From Chlorokybus atmophyticus (taxonomy: Eukaryota; Plantae; Mesostigma and Chlorokybus algae), in contig RHPI01002048.1 in the NCBI GenBank assembly GCA_009103225.1, positions 1,212,629-1,276,628 of the forward strand: 64,000 bases of DNA. Reading direction: 5' to 3'. Of this stretch, positions 58,731 to 64,000 are shown one piece after another. How positions within the stretch are numbered: the stretch's first letter is position 1; every line of letters begins with the position of its first letter. The translations under genes were made by a program, and so were the position numbers. The notes beneath the pieces are model-generated. The model was not told the DNA's origin, ran no database searches, and was given only the letters and a program-made list of their open reading frames with translations.

Positions 58731-61700
58731 TGTTGAAGGACTAGCATGCATATGTAGCTGAGGCAAGCATGGATACACACGGACAGAGCTACCGCCACCA
58801 GAGCATACACAAGTCACATCACATTCATCTATTACAAGTTGTCCGCTGGTTCTTATACCAGCCAGTTACACACACGTCTACGTTTGCAGTCACTGCGTAA
58901 GCTCTACTCAGCCTTTTGACGCGCTCTAAGCTGCGTTGTCTTCCTTACAACTAGAGCTTTCAACAAGCTCTTACACGCCTAATATGAGTAAGTATACGCG
59001 GAGATACGAAGCAGTTAGTAAGGCTCCAGTCTGGAGTCCGGAGTCTGGTCCGACGATGCCATCTTGCTAAGTCCGGACCTAGTGCTCGTCCTTACGACCT
59101 TCTACTCCTGTGTGGAGGGTCGATGCTGATCGTATGTAGGAATACTCTCAACACTCCCACGCGAGCAGCTTGACCTCCAATGCTTGCTCCTGTAGTCAAA
59201 CACAGATGCCAAGTCCTGCACAACAAGTCTTGAACTTGAGTGGTGACAATAGCTTTGTCATGAAGTCCGCCAGCATGCGTTCGGTGTTGCAGTACTGGAA
59301 CTCCACCTCCTTTCTTGTAACTCTGTCACGCACAAAGTGATGCATGACATCAATGTGCTTCGTCCTTGCCGAGGCGATAGGATGCTTCAACAACTTAATG
59401 GCTCCTTGGTTGTCACAGTTGATGACGATGCGCGCCATGGGGTGCTATAAGTCTGCCATGAGCTTGCGAAGCCAGAGTGCCTCTTTCGCTGCTGCTGCCG
59501 CTGCCATGTACTCAGCCTCTGATGTAGATGCTGCTGTTGTTGGCTGCAGCCTGCTGTTCCAGCTCACCACGCCTCCATTCAGCTTGAAGACGCAGCCTGT
59601 AGTGGACCTCCTGCAGTTGTGGTCACCAGCAAAGTCCGAGTCGCAGTAGCCCTCCAACTCAGTGCTCCCGCTCCCAAACTTGATGCCAACTGTTGCGCTC
59701 CCAGCAACATAGCGTAATACTCCCTTTGCTGCTCTCCAGTGCTCCATGCTCGGTGCAGACATGTAGCGAGCAAGTACTCCCACAGCATGTGCAACATCGG
59801 GACGTGTGCACACTGCCAGATAGAGCATGCTACCTACCAGCTCACCATATGGATACAGAGCCTTGTCGAGTACGTCCTCATCCTTTGCCTTGATGAGGGC
59901 AGTGCCAAGTGCCAACGGTGTGGTCTTGGTCTTCGCTTTGGTGAGCCCGAACTTGATGACGAGTCTGCTCACCATCTGCTCCTGACTGATCTTGATTGTG
60001 CGAGCAGCCCTGTCGCGCTCAATCACCATGCCAAGAAACCACTTGGCCTCTCGAAGATCACGAACTGATAATGCTTGCTGTAGTGCAACTTTCGTCTCCT
60101 GCAGGTGGTGCACCTGCCTGGCGGTGATGATGATATCATCAACATACACGAGCAGCCAGACCTTGTTGTCTGTATGGATGAAGAGCCCAGGGTCTGCAGA
60201 GGATGCGGTGAAGCCAAGTGCCTCCAGCTCCTTGGTGAGCTTGATGTGCCACATACGCGGTGCCTGTCGCAGCCCGTACAGTGCCTTGATCAGCTTGCAC
60301 GCTGTGCCTCTCTCCCCTTCTTCATATCCAGGTGGTTGCTCGATGAAGATCTCCTCCTCCAGCTCTCCGTAGAGGAAGGCAGTCTTCACGTCGAGGTGAT
60401 CCAGCTTGAGGTCCTCAGCGGCAACCACAGCTAGCAATGCACGGAAGGTGGTATGCTTACTTGCAGGTGCAAACACTTCGTTGAAGTCCACACCTTCCTG
60501 CTGCAAGAAGCCCTTTGCCACCAGTCTTGCCTTGTAGCGCTCAATGTTGCCCTGACCATCACGCTTCACCTTGAAGACCCATTTCACTGGAATGGTCTTC
60601 ACTCCTTGCGGTAACTGCTCCAGTGACCAAGTGTTGTNCTGTTATTGGCATGGAGTGACGCAATCTCCTCGTCCATAGCACGCTGCCATTGCTCCGCATT
60701 TGGTGCTAACAATGCCTCCTCGTAGGTGCTTGGCTCCTCATTTGCACACTGGCGACGTGTGCCTTGTATGTATGTAGGAAGTCAGGTGCCTTTCTCTCCC
60801 TCAATGGGTATCTCCGAGCTGCGTGCTCCTGCTGCAGGTGCGGCTTCTTCTGGCCTGCTACAACTGAGTCTCACTCACCCTTGTTGTTGATGACTGCCTC
60901 GCCCTCAGCCTCCACTGTCTTGGGATGCTCCTGTGGCTGTACTTCATCGTCATCTCCCGGAAAGAAGCCTGCTTCCGGTTGTGATAATCCCTCATGGAAA
61001 ACCACCTCTCTGCTCACGATGATCTTCTGAGTGTCCTCGAGCAAGATCCTGTAAGCCTTGGAACCCGGTTCATAGCCAACGAAGATGCCCTTCTTGCTGA
61101 CCGGCTCCAGCTTGTGCCTGAGCTGTTTAGGCACTAGTGCATATGCCGTGCATCCAAACACACGCATACCACTTACATCTGGTGCGGCTCCATAGAAGTG
61201 CTCCCACGGAGTCTTCTGCTCTGAGCTCACCGGAGACCTGTTGCGGATGTAGTTGGCAGTGAGTACCGCCTCCTTCCACAGACTGTCTTCCATCTTTGTG
61301 TCGTTGAGCATGGCTCGAACACGCTCCAAGAGTGTCCTGTTGAGGCGTTCAGCTGCTCCATTCTGCTGCGGGGTGTAGAGTGTCGTTGTCTCGTGGCGTA
61401 TGCCCTTGCTGGCGAAGAACTCCTTCAACTCCTTGTTGATGTACTCCCCTCCTCGGTCACTCCTCATTTCCTTCATCTTGTTGCCAGACTGGGTCTCCAA
61501 CAAGGCCACAACTGTGCGCACAGCTCCAGCAACTTCTGACTTGAGCGTCAATGGAAAAATGATGGACAGCTTGCTGTAATCGTCGAGGAATGTAGCAAAG
61601 TACCTGGCCCCTCCCTTCGCCACAATGCGCATAGGGCCACAGACATCCATGTGCACAAGCTCGTAAGGATGCTGACTGCTTGAAGAGGATGATGGGAATG

Positions 61701-63380
61701 GCATAGCATGCTGCTTTGCAACCAGGCATGGTTCACAAAGTGCACCTGATGCTGTCTTGAGTTCTTCTGTGCTGAGATGGATGCCCTTGACCATCTTCTC
61801 AGCGACAAGGCGAGTGAGGTTGACGTAGCTGAGATGCCCGAACCTTCGATGCCACAATGTTGGCGACTCCTTGTCCTTTACCACCATGGCTTAGATGTCA
61901 ATGTCCTGAGGGTGCTGCTCCACGTGGTAGAGCCCTCCCGCATCAGCGATTCCAACCATGTGCACCACCCCATCAAGGATGACTGTGCAGCCACCCTTCC
62001 GAAATTGGATCTCCGCGCCTAAGTGCTCCGCAACCCTCACAGAGAATAGACTCGCAATAGCCTTAGGAACATGCAGGACGATGCGTAACAACACCTCGCG
62101 TAGTTTGTTACCAACCTTGCACTGGAGTCGTACGTTGCCAACTCCCTCAGCCACAAGTACTTCGCCACCGAAGCCCGCCACTTTGATTGTGGACGTCAGC
62201 TTCCTGTAGCCCTCCATCACCTCCTTGTTTGGTGTGAGATGACGATCGCAGCCAGAGTCCACCACCCAGAAAGCTGTGCCCGCCCTCGAACTGGATGCAG
62301 TGAAGGCGACATGTTCCTCCTTGTGTTGGTGCTCGTTGCCGCTGTTGCTGGTGCTTGCTCTAGGTTGACCCTGTTGTTTCTTCTTACAGTCCTTCACAAT
62401 GTGCCCATTCCAACCACACCAGTGGCATGTGAGGTCTTTGTGACGAGGATTGCCTGGCTTGTTGCCCTTGTTCTTCTCTTCATGGTTGCTCTTCTTTGCG
62501 TGCTTGCCGGTGTAGAAGGCGACGGCATCAGCTTGCTCGTCCTTCTTCACAACCCTCTGCTCCACGGTGAGCAGCTTCGGTAGCACATCGTCCAACGTCA
62601 ACTCCGATGATGACGTCTCCAGCAGGGTTGCGACGACCTCGTACTCTGCTGGTAGCCCTGCAACAATGGCCAGCACTACCTCCGTCTCCCCCATGTTGTG
62701 GCCGACGTTGATGAGGTCCGCCCACAGCTCTCTCGCGCGCGCAACATACTTTGTGATGGGTTCTGCTGCCTCCTTCCTGAGTGCGCTGAGCTGCTTGCGT
62801 AGATGCAACTTTCTGGCATTGTTCTTGGCTCTGAAAACGGCTGATAGCTTTTCCCAAGCTTGTCTACCATCTTCACATGCAGTGAGCATGGGAAAGTGAT
62901 GCGGTTTGCTGTTCAACACAAGCAAAGAGTGTGCTTCTGCTGAATGCTCTGACCACACAGTGTTCGCTCCTGGTGTTGGTGGTGGTGCCTTCGGATCAAC
63001 GTACTTCCACACCTTCTTGTGGATGAGCAAGGCCTTCATCTCCACGCACCATGTGTTGTAGTTGTCGGTGTCCAGCTTTGCAATCTGCCCCTTGTCGTAG
63101 GTCGCCTCCATTTCTGTCGAGCCTGCCTTTCTTGCAGTTGACACCCAAGGCTCTGCTACCAACAAGCTACCGTAGTGTAGAACTACTATGCACACAAGCT
63201 AGTCTCACACTCCTCAAGCGTAGTGTGGGCCCATAACCTGTTGAAGGACTAGCATGCACATGTAGTTGAGGCAAGCATAGACACACAGAGACAGAGCTAC
63301 CGCCACCAGAGCATACACAAGTCACATCACATTCATCTATTACAAGTTGTCCGCTGGTTCTTATACCAGCCAGTTACACA
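58731..63380 (-). mobile_element. Ty1/copia element 2 (same family as element 1); 3' LTR 58731-59153; 5' LTR starts at 63239 and is interrupted at about 63380
   Basis: Long ORFs 59445-60602, 60871-61887 and 61891-63195 with few stops; half-tRNA PBS at 63225-63238; left flank TTGTT. Confidence 0.95.
63225..63238 (-). promoter_or_regulatory. Half-tRNA (internal iMet) primer binding site
   Basis: Minus strand GGTTATGGGCCCAC abuts the LTR. Confidence 0.85.
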
Positions 63381-64000
63381 CACTTCCCGTGCTTGTTGGT
63401 GTAGAAGGCCACGGCATCAGCTTGCTCGTCCTTCTTCATCACCCTCTGCTCCACGGTGAGCAGCTTCGGTAGTACATCGTCCAGCGTCAGCTCCGATGAC
63501 GATGTCTCCAGCAGTGTTGCAACGACCTCGTACTCTGCTGGTAGCCCTGCAACAACAGCCAGCACAACCTCCGTCTCCCCCATGTCGTGGCCGACGTTGA
63601 TAAGGTCCGCCCACAGCTTTCTCGCGCGTGCAACATACTTTGTGATGGGTTCTGCTGCCTTCTTCCTGAGTGCGCTCAGCTGCTTGCGTAGCTGCAACTT
63701 TCTGGCGTTGTTCTTGGCTCTGAAAACGGCTGATAGCTTTTCCCAAGCTTGTCTACCATCTTCACATGCAGTGAGCATGGGAAAGTGATGCGGTTTGCTG
63801 TTCAACACAAGCAAAGAGTGTGCTTCTGCTGAATGCTCTGACCACACAGTGTTCGCTCCTGGTGTTGGTGGTGGTGCCTTCGGATCAACGTACTTCCACA
63901 CCTTCTTGTGGATGAGCAAGGCCTTCATCTCCACGCACCATGTGTTGTAGTTGTCGGTGTCCAGCTTTGCAATCTGCCCCTTGTCGTAGGTCGCCTCCAT
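63374..64000 (-). mobile_element. gag: Additional copia gag copy fused into the 5' LTR of element 2
   Basis: 208-aa reading nearly identical to the gag N-terminus in 61891-63195; joins LTR sequence at cagttacacacac. Confidence 0.88.

Overview
Eukaryotic, transposon-saturated DNA with no recognisable host gene. Plant-type tRNA-iMet primer sites, Osser/Ty5-type copia elements and short GT-AG introns suggest a green alga or other green-lineage organism (inference). Contents in order: a Ty3/gypsy relic with a C-terminal PHD finger; L1-type LINE relics; several chromoviruses, one bounded by matching 5-bp TSDs and carrying an intron-containing pogo transposon; a 470-bp TRIM; a copia solo LTR; and from about 36 kb a multi-layer nest of copia elements around a large CACTA/EnSpm-like DNA transposon. 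The most notable object is the CACTA-like element (from 44307, at least 14 kb, right end not in the window). Manual splicing suggests its transposase gene continues into an NSD-type PHD-C5HCH module and a ULP2/SENP6/7-like SUMO protease. Head-to-head with it lies a spliced gene joining a Tudor domain to a compact prokaryote/phage-type C5 cytosine methyltransferase, and further along lies an OTU-like/coiled-coil/gag-like ORF. All of these genes carry in-frame stops in this copy. All domain calls come from motif recognition by eye, not from database searches.
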